Source: Atractiella rhizophila
Taxonomy: Eukaryota
Assembly (NCBI GenBank): GCA_021432655.1
Contig: MU271180.1
Span: 161,183 to 225,182 of the forward strand
DNA length: 64,000 bases
Direction: 5' to 3'
Below, one piece after another: positions 37,074 through 48,291 of this stretch. The position numbers were made by a program, and so were the translations under genes. Positions within the stretch are counted from its first letter, which is position 1; each line of letters begins with the position of its first letter. The notes under the pieces are model-generated. The model was not told the DNA's origin, ran no database searches, and saw nothing but the letters and a program-made list of their open reading frames with translations.

Positions 37074-40000
37074 ATGTCAACGATCGCCTTGCAATCTAAC
37101 CCTTTACTGTCCGCCCATATGTCTGCAGATCATTCCGTCAAGATCTTCAAGGTCCCTGAGAACATCAAGAGAGAGAATCCCTTGGGATTGCGAATCCTTT
37201 GCATTGATAGCGGGGACATGCGCTCCTTTGCACCGTACATGCTGGAACACATCATGACTCAAGTTGCACATCTTCTTGATGTGCCTATTGACGAGGAGCT
37301 TCGCCCGTGCGATATATTTGATCTAACCTGTGGAACTTCAACAGGCGGATGGATCGCGCTCATGCTTGGGAGGCTGGGAATGACTGTTCGCCAGTGCATT
37401 ACGGCATGTGAAGAAATCGCGCAGAAAGTGTCCCGAGAAAACACCTCGATCTCGAGTGGCGAGTACGTTTACTCGGCGGAGAAGCTTGAAGAGACTTTCA
37501 TCGCTATCATCCAACGGCATATGAACACTTCTCACGATTCTGCGAAATTGCTATCTATGAAAGATGATTCTGTGCAAGACAGATGCAAAACTTTCATCGT
37601 TTCTACCTGCGGGGCCAATGTCGCCGTTTCTACGGAGTTGCGCACCTACGATATTCACGATGCTGCCTCCTCTTCGGGTTCCCCTGCTTCCACTTGTATG
37701 GTCTGGGAAGCTGCAAGAGCCACTGCTGCACGCCATCCCTTCTTTCCTCCTCTCATCATGGATTCCATTAGTCACGTTGGCCTGGGTGGCGACAACCCTA
37801 CGACAATAGCCCTTGAAGAAGCGAAGCGAATCTGGGGACACGGTGGTGAGATCGCCTGCCTTGTGTCCCTCGGTTCTGGCATTACGCCTGCCATCCAGTT
37901 GTGCCACACTCGAGATGACGTCGCACGAGCATTGGAGACCATAGTCGTGGATTGCTCAAGGGTTTCGAACGACGTGAATGTTATCATGCGAGACCGGAGG
38001 ACGGGGCATTGCTACCACCGTTTCTCGGTCGATACATTCCGAGATTTCAAGTGGCAGGACTGGGAGCGAAAAAATGATGTTGCCGGCTGTACAAAGGCTT
38101 ACATGGAAGCGATGAATCATGACGTGTTGAGTGCTGCTCGATGTCTGGTGAAAGGTACATACCGCATCCTTGGTACTTGCATGCTAACTTTTGTTCATTA
38201 GAACGCGAAGATCGTGTCATAGCATATGGGAAGATTCCTTTACCTCCTCCAACGGCTTGTTATGGGAGAGATGAGGAAGTTGGGAAGGCGATAGAATTCA
38301 TCCTTAAGGACAAGAAGCACATTGCTATTATTGGCAGCATAGGTAACGGGAAGTCTACTGTGGCACTGAAAGTCCTGCATGCAGACCAGATCAAGGATGA
38401 ATTCACAACCGTGATGGATGGTAAGGAAGAAGACTTTCGTTTTTGGGCACGATGTGATGCCTTCTCAACCTTCTCCTCTCTCTCCTCCCACCTTCGCAGG
38501 AACGTTTTTGGATTAGCTCGTGGACGTGGTGACGAAGACCTTGGGACAGTCACACGATATTTGAACACTCACAAGTGTCTTCTAATCTTGGATGATTTTT
38601 GGATCACCGCTCAGCTTGATGAGAATAACCTACAGCCATTCTTTCAGGCTCTTTTTTCAACCAGATGGAGCTCTGGTTCCATTCTTGCCATAGTACACCG
38701 TGGCGAGCAGGCTATGCGTGTGAATGTGCAAGGTGTGAGATTTGGAGCGCTGAGGATTGGAGGCTTGAGCCACCATGTTGCACTGGGTATGTTCAAATAT
38801 ATGCACGTCCCACAGAAAGAATATACCGAGGATGATGCACGGCTAATCAGGACCATTATCGCCAAGCTGGATTATCATGCCATGTCCATCAACCTCTTCA
38901 TTCGTTATGCCAATGCAGAACCAACCAAGGGACTAAAACATCTACTGGAAGAGTGGGACGCAAATAAGGCAAATTTCTTTTCGAGCGAGGAAGAGGTCAG
39001 CCTTGAAGCCTCAATGTCTTTTACAATCAATGCACTTGGTCGCAGAGAAGATCGTGATCTTTGTACTTTTATCCTCGGCCTGTTATCGTGGAGTCCTGAT
39101 GGTCTTCTTGCTGAAGACATTGTAGCAATGGCGGATAACTCCGAACCTCATCGCTCAGGACAGTCTTCCATGATCATCACCTCAATCTTAAGTGCTGGAC
39201 TGGCTGAAGATGTTACTGATGCCCTAACGAATTCTGTTCGAGTGCGTATGCTGGTCCCAATTCGTCGATATGTCAATAGCTTGGTCTTGCGTGCCAATCC
39301 ACCTTCTACAGCCGGGGGGGTATGTCTTGAAAAGTTAGCTGAAGCCCTCATTGATAAGGCTCGTGCAAATGCTCAACGATTCAAGGATGGTGTTGAAAAG
39401 ATGGGACTGCTATCCTTTCGCAGCGATTGTTCCAACCTTGAACATGTCCTTATGGCTGCTTTCGAACACCTCAATGATCTGACAACTGTTCTCAATTTCT
39501 TAGTAGAAATTTGGGAATTTATGCATCATCAAAACCTCCTCTCAGTAGCATTGGTCCAGTGTGCTCTGTCCTACACAACATTTCATCATATGTCTCCAAT
39601 CACAGCCGAATTGACTAGGGCTCTTGGGTCAGTTTTTCAACAGAAGGGAAACACACAACAGGCGCTGAGACAATTTGAAGAGGCGAGGGAGTTGTTTTTG
39701 CTGGTGGGAGATCAGCATGGTGAGGCCCACTGCATTCGTAGCATGGCGGAGGTTGAGCAGTCTCATGGACAGTATAATGAGGCACTGAAGCGGTTGGAGG
39801 AGGCAAAGAAGCTGTATCTGTGGGTTGAAGATCAGCGTAGCCAGGCGCACTGCATTCGGAGCATGGGGGAGATCAAGCAGTCTTGTGGACAGAACGATGA
39901 AGCACTGAAGCGGTTGGCGGAGGCAAAGGAGCTGTATCTGCGGGTTGAAGATCAGTTTGGCCAGGCACACTGCATTCACAGCATGGGGGAGATCGAGCGC

Positions 40001-41968
40001 TGTCGAGGGCAGCTCGAGGAAGCACTAGTACTGTTGGAAAGGGCGAAGGAGTTGTATCTGGTGGTGGAAGATTGGCATGGCCTTGCCCACTGCATTCACA
40101 GTATTGGGGAGATTGAGCAGCATCGTGGGCAGATTCAAGAAGCCATGAAACAATTTGAAGAGGCGAGGCGGGTGTATCTGCGGGTGGAAGGTCAGCATGG
40201 GGAGGCCCGCTGCCTTCACAGCATGGGGGAGATTGAGCGACATCGAGGCCAGATTGGGAATGCCTTAAGACATTTTGAAGAGGCAAGGGAGTTGTTTTTG
40301 CTGGTGGGAGATCAGCATAGTGAGGCTCACAGCATTCGCAGCATAGGGGAGGTTGAGCAACATCGAGGACGGATTGTAGAAGCAGTGCAATGGCTTGAGA
40401 AAGCAATGGAGGTGTATCTGTTGGTGGAAGATCAGTGTGGCGAGGCTCACTGCATTCGTGGCATGGGGGAGATCAAGCAACATGAAGGGCAGTTTGAGGA
40501 AGCACTGATACAATTTGAGAAAGCAATGAAGCTGTATCTGCAGGTAGAAGATTGGCATGGGCAAGCCCACTGCAATCGTGGCATGGGGGAGATCAAGCAA
40601 CATCAAGGGCAGTTTGAGGAAGCACTGATACAATTTGAGAAAGCAATGAAGCTGTATCTGCAGGTAGAAGATTGGCATGGGCAAGCCCACTGCAATCGTG
40701 GCGTGGGGCAGATCAAGCAACATCAAGGGCAGTTTGAGAAAGCACTGATACAATTTGAGAAAGCAATGAAGCTGTATCTGCAGGTGGAAGATCGGCATGG
40801 GCAAGCCCACTGTGTTCGTGGCACAGGGGAGATTCAGCAACATCGAGGGCAGACCGAAGAAGCACAGAAACTGTTTGAGGAAGCCAGGAAGTTGTATCTG
40901 CAGGTGGAAGATCGGCATGGTGCGGCCGACTGCATTCGCAGAGTAGGGGAGATCGAGCAACACCGAGGGCAGTTTGAGGAAGCACTGAAACAGTTTGAGG
41001 AGGCAATGAAACTGTATTTGCTGGTGGACGATTGGCACAGTGCGGCCTGCTGCCTTTGCAACATGGGGGAGATCGAGCAGCTTTGTTGGCGAAATGAGAA
41101 GGCATTGAAATGGTTTGAGGAGGCAAAGCAATTGTATGGCCAGTTGGAAGATTGGCAAATGGCTGCCAACTGCATTCGCTGTATGGGGGAGATCGAGCAA
41201 CATCAAGGGCGGGTCGAAGAAGCAGTGAAACTGCTCAAGGAAGCGATGGGGCTCTATCTGTTGGCAGGAGATCTGCATGGCAAGGCTCACTGCATTTGTA
41301 GCATGGGGGAGATTGAGCAACATCAAGGGCGGATTGAAGAAGCAGTGAAACTGCTTGAGGAAGCGATGGGGCTCTATCTGCTGGCAGGAGATCTGCATGG
41401 TGAGGCTCACTGCATTCGCAGCATAGGGCAGATTGAGAGGCATTGTGGGAGAAACAAGCAGGCACTGAAACTGTTTGAGAAGGCGGACCGGTTGGGTCGA
41501 GGACATGAAGATGTGTACACTGTCACCCGTCGCATTCATACCATGGCCAAGATTGCACACGTTCACAGGTGCACTGAGGTGGCAATAAGTCGATTCAAGG
41601 AGGCGAAGGGTCTTTATTTGGACTTGAAAGATGTTAAGGGTCAACTCAACTGCCTTGAAGACTTGGGTTCTGTTTACATTCAGGACCGCCAGTTCCTAAA
41701 AGCAGTCAAGGTTCATGAGGAAGCAATCGATTTGAGCAGGAAAGTCAGCAGGCACTGTGAGGCTATTGCCAGAGAGAAAATGGTTGAACTACTCCTCTTC
41801 AAACTGTCAAAATACACTGATGTGAACAAGGAACTTGAATATGCCCGTCAGCTTTGTATTAAAAGCTGTGCAACGTCAGGGATACCATTTTGTGTTGTAA
41901 CAATGCACCTTTCTTCATCTCTTCCTATCTCATCTAACATAGATCTATGTCTTAGGGACCAGACTTAA
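37074..41968 (+). CDS. Fungal NLR-like protein: patatin-like domain + NB (NB-ARC/NACHT-like STAND) + ~18 TPR repeats; intron 38155-38201
   Basis: GTSTGG patatin motif. The intron gtacat..gctaac..tag joins the two ORFs in frame. Walker A GSIGNGKST, Walker B LLILDD, RVRMLVPIRRY motif, then 40-aa TPR units. Confidence 0.9.
39605..41764 (+). repeat. Intragenic array of ~18 x 120-bp (40-aa) TPR units
   Basis: Consensus AHCIRSMGEIEQHxGQxEEAxKxFEEAxxLYLxVEDxHGx. Units 8-10 (~40445-40804) and 14-15 are nearly identical in DNA. Confidence 0.95.
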
Positions 41969-43596
41969 CTGCATGTGCCCATCTCATCAGCCCAACAGCA
42001 TACACCGCTTCCCTGCATCTGTCCATTCTTCCTTCTTTCCTATTTCATCTGCCACGGTCAATTCACTCCCTCCGGATCACCTTTGTCTTACCTCTTAGAC
42101 ATGCTTATCACTCTCCTGCAAATGTGTCCTCGAAATTATTCTATTTCTCCCTTCCAAGCCTCCTACATTCATTCGGAAACAGGGCCGAACAAGATGGTAG
42201 AGCGGATCTTTGCGTTAGGTTCGATCTTGAAAATGTCACAGTCAAATTTGGGAACGGCGAAGAGTTTTCAGACCATGAATTCCAAGGAGTAAGGAGTGTG
42301 TTTTCTCGCACATTTCCTCTTCTTTCCGATTGGTCGCAGGCAATCTTTGCCCCTGTTGCCTCATACTCTGTGGCCAAAAATGGTTTTGTCCCTATCACGG
42401 ATAATGAATCGTCATCCCTCGTATCCTTCCATCAAGCTGTGAGCCTTATCCAACTCTCATTTTCCCCTACTACAAAGGATAGGACATGCTTTATCTCATG
42501 CTTGCCTCCTGAGCTGCTCTCCTTCATTTTCAGTTGTCTTGTGGCAACAGGGGATGCAAATTGGAACATCTCCCGCATCTGCAAGCACTGGAGTGTTGTT
42601 TCAGCCCCCTATTGGAAGGAACCTTATTCTGTGTTGAAGAAGCATACACGTTTAAAACTGTATGCTGATTCTGGACGTCTGTGGAAGCAACTCCAGTTTC
42701 GACAATGCATGGATGTTAAGATGGTGGAAGTGGTCATCTTGGGTTCGCCGAATGTTACGAAGGTATGGCTGGACGCATTTTGGAGTGAAGAGGAGGCTAC
42801 AATGGTGTTAAATGCAATTGGGGGCTTGCCAAAGCTGGAGGTTGTAACCTTTGGACATATGGGTTCAAGACAATGGAGGAAGCAGGAGGTAGAGGACTTC
42901 ATGCAGAGGATGAGGGGGACGATTGTACAGCTCTCCATTCAGGCAGCAGAAGACTATTCCTCCTTCTCTCCCTCCTTCATGGCATTAGACAGTCGTCGAT
43001 TACCTCCTGGCTCCATATCCCTAACGCTCTTAACATATCCACCTTTCGTACGGCTCTCCCTCCCACACACTCTCCTTGAACCGAGCCTCACCACCCCGAG
43101 TCCTCTCCCAACCTCGATGTCAAGCTCCCCTCTGCCAGCTCATCTAAAATATCTGACAATCGAGCTTACCGGCACCTTGCCTGATGGAAATACCTCCATC
43201 CCGCCCAGACCTCTCGACTCTAGACCGCTCAACTTATCACGGCTCAAACAACTGACCTACCTCAACCTCGATGGTGGTGAGGAAACTTCGAACCTAGTTT
43301 GCGCCCAGTTTTTCAGGAATCTCAAACATGCCGCAGTGATTGAACATATATCCATTGCTTACTGTGCGGTAAAGTGTTCCGATTTGCTCTCTTTCATCCC
43401 CTGGTTCTTTGAAGTTCAGCGGCTGGAGCAGGCTGGAGTTGGACAGATGAATGAGACAAGTGAACCGGTGTTACGTGTTCTCTTATTCTTTGGAGATTGG
43501 TATCAAGAAGATATTTTGGCTACCAGGACGGTGATGGAAGGGTGTGGAGTAGGCGAGGGCTATAATTCGTCATGGGTAAAGGAGTCTGGAGAATAA
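41956..43596 (+). CDS. F-box + LRR-like domain reading frame (separate gene or last exon of the NLR)
   Basis: ISCLPPELLSFIFSCL...ISRICKHWSVVSAPYW is an F-box, followed by leucine-rich segments (LSRLKQLTYLNLDG). The frame is open from 41956 with no ATG before the F-box. Confidence 0.75.
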   Translation, partial: GPDLTACAHLISPTAYTASLHLSILPSFLFHLPRSIHSLRITFVLPLRHAYHSPANVSSKLFYFSLPSLLHSFGNRAEQDGRADLCVRFDLENVTVKFGNGEEFSDHEFQGVRSVFSRTFPLLSDWSQAIFAPVASYSVAKNGFVPITDNESSSLVSFHQAVSLIQLSFSPTTKDRTCFISCLPPELLSFIFSCLVATGDANWNISRICKHWSVVSAPYWKEPYSVLKKHTRLKLYADSGRLWKQLQFRQCMDVKMVEVVILGSPNVTKVWLDAFWSEEEATMVLNAIGGLPKLEVVTFGHMGSRQWRKQEVEDFMQRMRGTIVQLSIQAAEDYSSFSPSFMALDSRRLPPGSISLTLLTYPPFVRLSLPHTLLEPSLTTPSPLPTSMSSSPLPAHLKYLTIELTGTLPDGNTSIPPRPLDSRPLNLSRLKQLTYLNLDGGEETSNLVCAQFFRNLKHAAVIEHISIAYCAVKCSDLLSFIPWFFEVQRLEQAGVGQMNETSEPVLRVLLFFGDWYQEDILATRTVMEGCGVGEGYNSSWVKESGE

Positions 43597-44106
43597 TGTG
43601 TGTTTTTGTTTCTAATGAAGGACCATCTGTCTAACGTGCCACCGCTTGCAGTGCTATGGAGCAAGTTGGGACTGGACGTCCTGAGGTTCCGCACTAGTTT
43701 CGAGCACGATGACATGAAAGGTGGCAACATTGGAACCGTCAGAGCTGGGTTGGCGCGCCTATCCATTGCGCATTCTTCTTCAACAAAAAGAACACTTGAA
43801 TCTTGAATCAGTACTCAATTTGTACTCAAAGTACTCAAGGCTTGTCGGCATCAGAGAAGGGAAGGGTAGGTAGGGAAGTGAAGGAAAATCATAAATAATA
43901 CTATTAAACACACGTCCTCCAAGTACCTCAAACGTCTCAACCTGATATATTATATGTTACATCCTTTCACTTACACCGATCCGACTGAAGGATGAACGAT
44001 GTGATTCAAGGCAACTGCAGTCCGTCCCCTCCAACGAGGGTCTCACCCACCACCCACCGTCATCCACCACCTCACGCGTCACATGCACCTACATCTCCAT
44101 CCAAGG

Positions 44107-45937
44107 CTATAATAGCACGCCCGCACCCGCCACTCCCAACCCTACCATCACCGCCTCTCTCCACCCGACCTCCCCCACGCCCGCCCAACCAACCCTAAGC
44201 GTAGTAGCCCACGAATGTTCATACGGAGGAAGAGACGCCTCCGCCTGCGTCCCCTTCGGTCCCGGCCCATGCGTTCCCGTAGCATTAGACTGATTAGCCG
44301 CGAGGAGGGACATTGTAAAGTTGCTGGTGAGGTTGCTCCTCGCCAACGGCGCAAAGCCCACCGCGGGCGGGTCGTACTGATACACGCTGTATACGTTCTT
44401 GAGGAACGTGGCGCCGATCACCCAGGTGATGATTGACTTTCCAAAGTCGAGGGTGAAGAAGGAGCCGAGACAGCGCGTCTCGTCGGATGATGTGTAGGGG
44501 CCGAGGTTGAAGTCGTCGGGGGTGATGTTGTATGTTCGAGAACCGAAGGTTAGGGACATGTGTACGGTCGTGTTGCAGGGGTAGGAGTAGTAGCCTTCGA
44601 ATTCGCCCGTTGCTGGCGCGCTCCCTATCCATCAATCCCATCTTAGTAAACATCCTCAAGCAGTACCAGTAACAAGTAGCAATAGCGGTATAGAAAGCGA
44701 CCAACCTGGGATGAGACTATACAGCGCCTGAATAGCCGCTGCAGGTCCACCAACGAGTGTGGTCCCCGTATCAATAGCGACATTCGTGCTCTTCACCGCC
44801 GTCAAATTAGTCCCATTGATAGCCATCCTCTCCAGGGGTACGACCCAATAACTCTCCAAATTATCGGGTATATCCACCCAATCGATCGCTCCCTCATACA
44901 GCGTCGTATTTATCAATCCCATGCTGAAGTAGCCTCCGAACCCCGTCTCCTCGTACGGCGTCACGTTCAGCAGACGGGAGAAGGTGAAGGAGAAGCCGGG
45001 GAAGGGAAGTGCGTCGCGGGCGGTGCGGGGGAGGGAGGCGAGAGACTGCCACCACGGTGTTTGGTCGGACGTCGCTAGTGAAGACCAACCCATGCCTGCA
45101 CATCCATCCACCACACATCAGTCAGTACACTTTGTCGAAACACAGAAAGGGTGGCAGAGAAAGACGAACCCATCAGTCCGCTCACTTGGCCTTGAATCAG
45201 GTCCACTGATACGTTGTCGCACAGTGCAAAGCTCTGTTCTGATACGTTGTACCCTGCTAGCTTCACCACATCCGTGTATAGCTCTCCGGTCGCGTTACCC
45301 AGACCATAACGAATGAAGAAGGGTGTGTTTGTGGCTGTGGAAGTGTTTGAGGAGGAAGGGAGGTACGAGGCGCCTTCTGTGCAAGCTGTGCAGTTGGGAG
45401 AGGTCACCCACAGGTCTGCGGATCCCGTATCGAGAACGACATTGAAGGTTTGCGGAGGAGTGCCAATCTCTAACGGTGCCTGTTGCAACCACTCATTCCT
45501 AAGCAACCCAAGACACCATGTAGGGATGAAGGGGGAGGACACACAAAGTACTCCAAGTCCGCTTTATAATTCGTCAACTCGACCGTTCCCCTCGGGATCG
45601 GTTTCGACGTCGCAGTGCTCGACTGCGTCCTCGTCGTCCCCGTCCCAGTCCCAGTGCCCGTCCCCGTTCCCGTTCCAGTCCCTCCGCCGCCTCCATCACC
45701 AGAGGTGGGCGTGCCGTTCTGCTGCCTCTTCCTCACCCGCCTCTCTTGGTTCTCCCTGCTGTATTTGCTCTGTAGTCGTGCCCTATTCCCCGCGGCCCAA
45801 CGTCCGATTTCAGGTCGAGATTGCCGTTTGGCGGCTGGAGGGAGCAGGGCTGGGTGTCGGACGGTTGGGTAGGATTGGGAGTGGGACGGTGCGGTGAGGG
45901 AGAGGAGGAGGAGGAGGAAGAGTTCGAGCGAGACCAT
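44107..45937 (-). CDS. Secreted pepsin-like (A1) aspartic protease, possibly GPI/membrane anchored, copy B (intact)
   Basis: Signal peptide MVSLELFLLLLLSLTAP, KR site, Gly-Thr repeat, VVLDTGSADLW and AIDTGTT catalytic motifs, WVIGATFLKNVY and a hydrophobic C-terminus. Confidence 0.9.
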
Positions 45938-48291
45938 CGATTGTGTACGTCTTCTGAAATTTTGGTGGATGTTCGTGGATGAAGTTGCGGGTGGAGGATT
46001 GAGGGAGAGATAAGGAAAAGGATGAAAGGAGAGGGTAAAAGAGAGGAATTAAGCTGAGGGAAGAATGAACCAAGACCCAAGGTTGTGCCAATCGAACCAA
46101 GCAACCGCGCTCACGTTTTGTGTTGTACCCCGCCAAACCAACAAGACAAGTGGTGCCAATCCCCAAGCTGGCTGTATCCCTGGTCCAAAGTAGAGTAATG
46201 CCTGATCACCGAAGGACAGCTGATCCCAGATGGAGCGAATGGCAGGAAGGGGAGACGTCGTCGTTCGTTTTTAGCTTTATAGTGTTGTTGGTGTGCCGAA
46301 CTCCCGCTGTTGGTTGCTTTGCCGCGTCCTGATAACGTTCAATATTTCACTGGCTTGCAGCTCCGTCACGCCTTTTTATTCTGCCTGCCAAACTGCTTTG
46401 GTCTGGTTCAAGGACTCGGTGGGTTGGGTCTATGTTACTGTTACCTCCGTTACTTCAGCTTCTGAAGGGATGAGGTCGACGTGTTGAAAAACATTAGAGG
46501 GAGATGAGTCTTTTCCCTGTTTCTTTCACGTTCTCAACAGTACATTGCCGGCTCATACTCACCATGAGTTTGATCATCAAGCGCCATGGAGGTAGAGGTT
46601 GATCACTCGCGTCGTACCACGAGCCGCCGTTTGGGGACCGTGACGACGCAACAGCTTGAATTCATCACTCACAATCAAGCTTTGAACGAGTCCCGAGTCG
46701 CAGTTGCGAAGCGCCTTATGTCAATATATTCGCTTACTGTGCCACAATGAACGACGTTGATACAGGACGCTCGGGACTGATTGGACGTCGTGGACTTATT
46801 TGTCAGACTGTCAAGTTCAACTTGACGGGGAAAGCCGACTTTCCCTCACTCGTGTGTTGTGTTGTGTGCCGCAAGCTGGCCAAGAGCTGTCATTTGGGCA
46901 AGCAGAAGTAATTGCATAATCTCACATCCGCCTTGTTCTTGCAACTCTACCTAGGCCGTCTTCTCCTCCACATCTGGCTGTTGACCCATCAATGCATCAC
47001 TGCTGAGCGAGACGGCTCCTTCGCGGGCTGCGAATACTGTCACGGTCGATAAGGGTCGGTCGGACCAGTAATCATTGTAACAATATCGAACGTCCGGTCT
47101 GAAGAAAATGTTTGAATGCCAGCGACTCCCGACGATTGTTTTCGGCCAGCCATTACGCGTGTCCCCTCCACAACGAGCGACTCGAGACCTTGGCTTGAGC
47201 TGATGTAGCACAGCACGTCTACGGAGGAAGAGGAAGGGAGGAAGGTCGAATCATAATCGCTATCTCTCCAGCTTTCACTGCTCCGAGTCCCCATGCTTAA
47301 CTCAACCGCTTTTCGTACCACGACACAACGTGCTGCAGTGGTATTTACATCTCCTCCCGCCAATGCCACTTGAAGTGTGATACCTTACCATGCCCCAGAC
47401 TTCCTAAGCAGCCTCTATCCGGTGATCGTTCGCTTATGATAATAAAGAGAAAGGAGCACTTTCTAGGCTTGAAAGAGTTTGTGGCACTGGGACGCGGCGT
47501 GAAAACTTCAGTTGCATTTCTTGCCCCTGCCAGCATCAAATCTCCTCCATGATTGAGCGTTACTAGCAGCATTGGAGGATATGCATGTTTGCGGAGTGGA
47601 CGGCAAGGTGCAATGAACCAGTGCTTGAAATAACAAGCAAGGACCTGTCAGCTAGGTAAAAGGTATACAATCGACGCAGAATTTGTATTATTATACAAGT
47701 GGAATCGAGGTAGGAGATGAGGGCGTCACACTGGCATGTAGAAAACTTGAAGAAAGAAAAGAAACGAAGAGGGAACGAGAAAATTAGAGGTGATCGCCTC
47801 AGCTCATTACGTCACTCCAGCTCCCATTACACTTAAAAGCCTGTCCATCCCTCCCTCTCTGCTGCGACTGACCCATACTCAAGAAAAAGGATATCATCAT
47901 TCCTGTAACCTGATCGGAACAGCAAATCGAAGGAAAAGACTGCAAGTTGCCTATTCTGGAAAACGGAACAAGAGTCTTGTTTGATTGACCTTGACAGGCA
48001 TTGTTCGGATCTCGATCCCGCGCGTCCGCCGACGCTTCATTCATTCATTCGTTCCAGTCGCTCCAGCGCTCGCCTGCCCAAGGTCAACTGGGCCATACTA
48101 GGCACCTCAAAAAATTTTCACCAACCAACTCAGCCGACATTCCTGTCGATATATAACGCAGAGCGCTTAGTATACTGCAGTAGAGTAGAGGAGGGATAGA
48201 CGGACGCAGCCCTACAAACAAGTTTACAAATTACATTTACAGGTGGCGGTACGACTCGAAGTGCTAGAGTAATAGAAAAGAGAACTTGAGG

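Larger units (their letters stand above)
16126..45790. repeat. Large diverged tandem segmental duplication: unit A ~16126-31614, unit B ~31615-45790
   Basis: Same gene order in both units (COG7 5' end, PET127, patatin-NB gene, aspartic protease) with alignable intergenic DNA. The non-homologous middles are A 23596-29850 and B ~39000-43969. Confidence 0.9.

Noticed and set aside
40265..41644. 459-aa antisense ORF with repeats
   Set aside because: Shadow of the TPR array. A stop-free repeat unit propagates an open antisense frame.
46120..48200. Candidate small genes or tRNAs in the protease-AAA intergenic region
   Set aside because: No recognisable domain, coherent exon chain or cloverleaf was found by eye.
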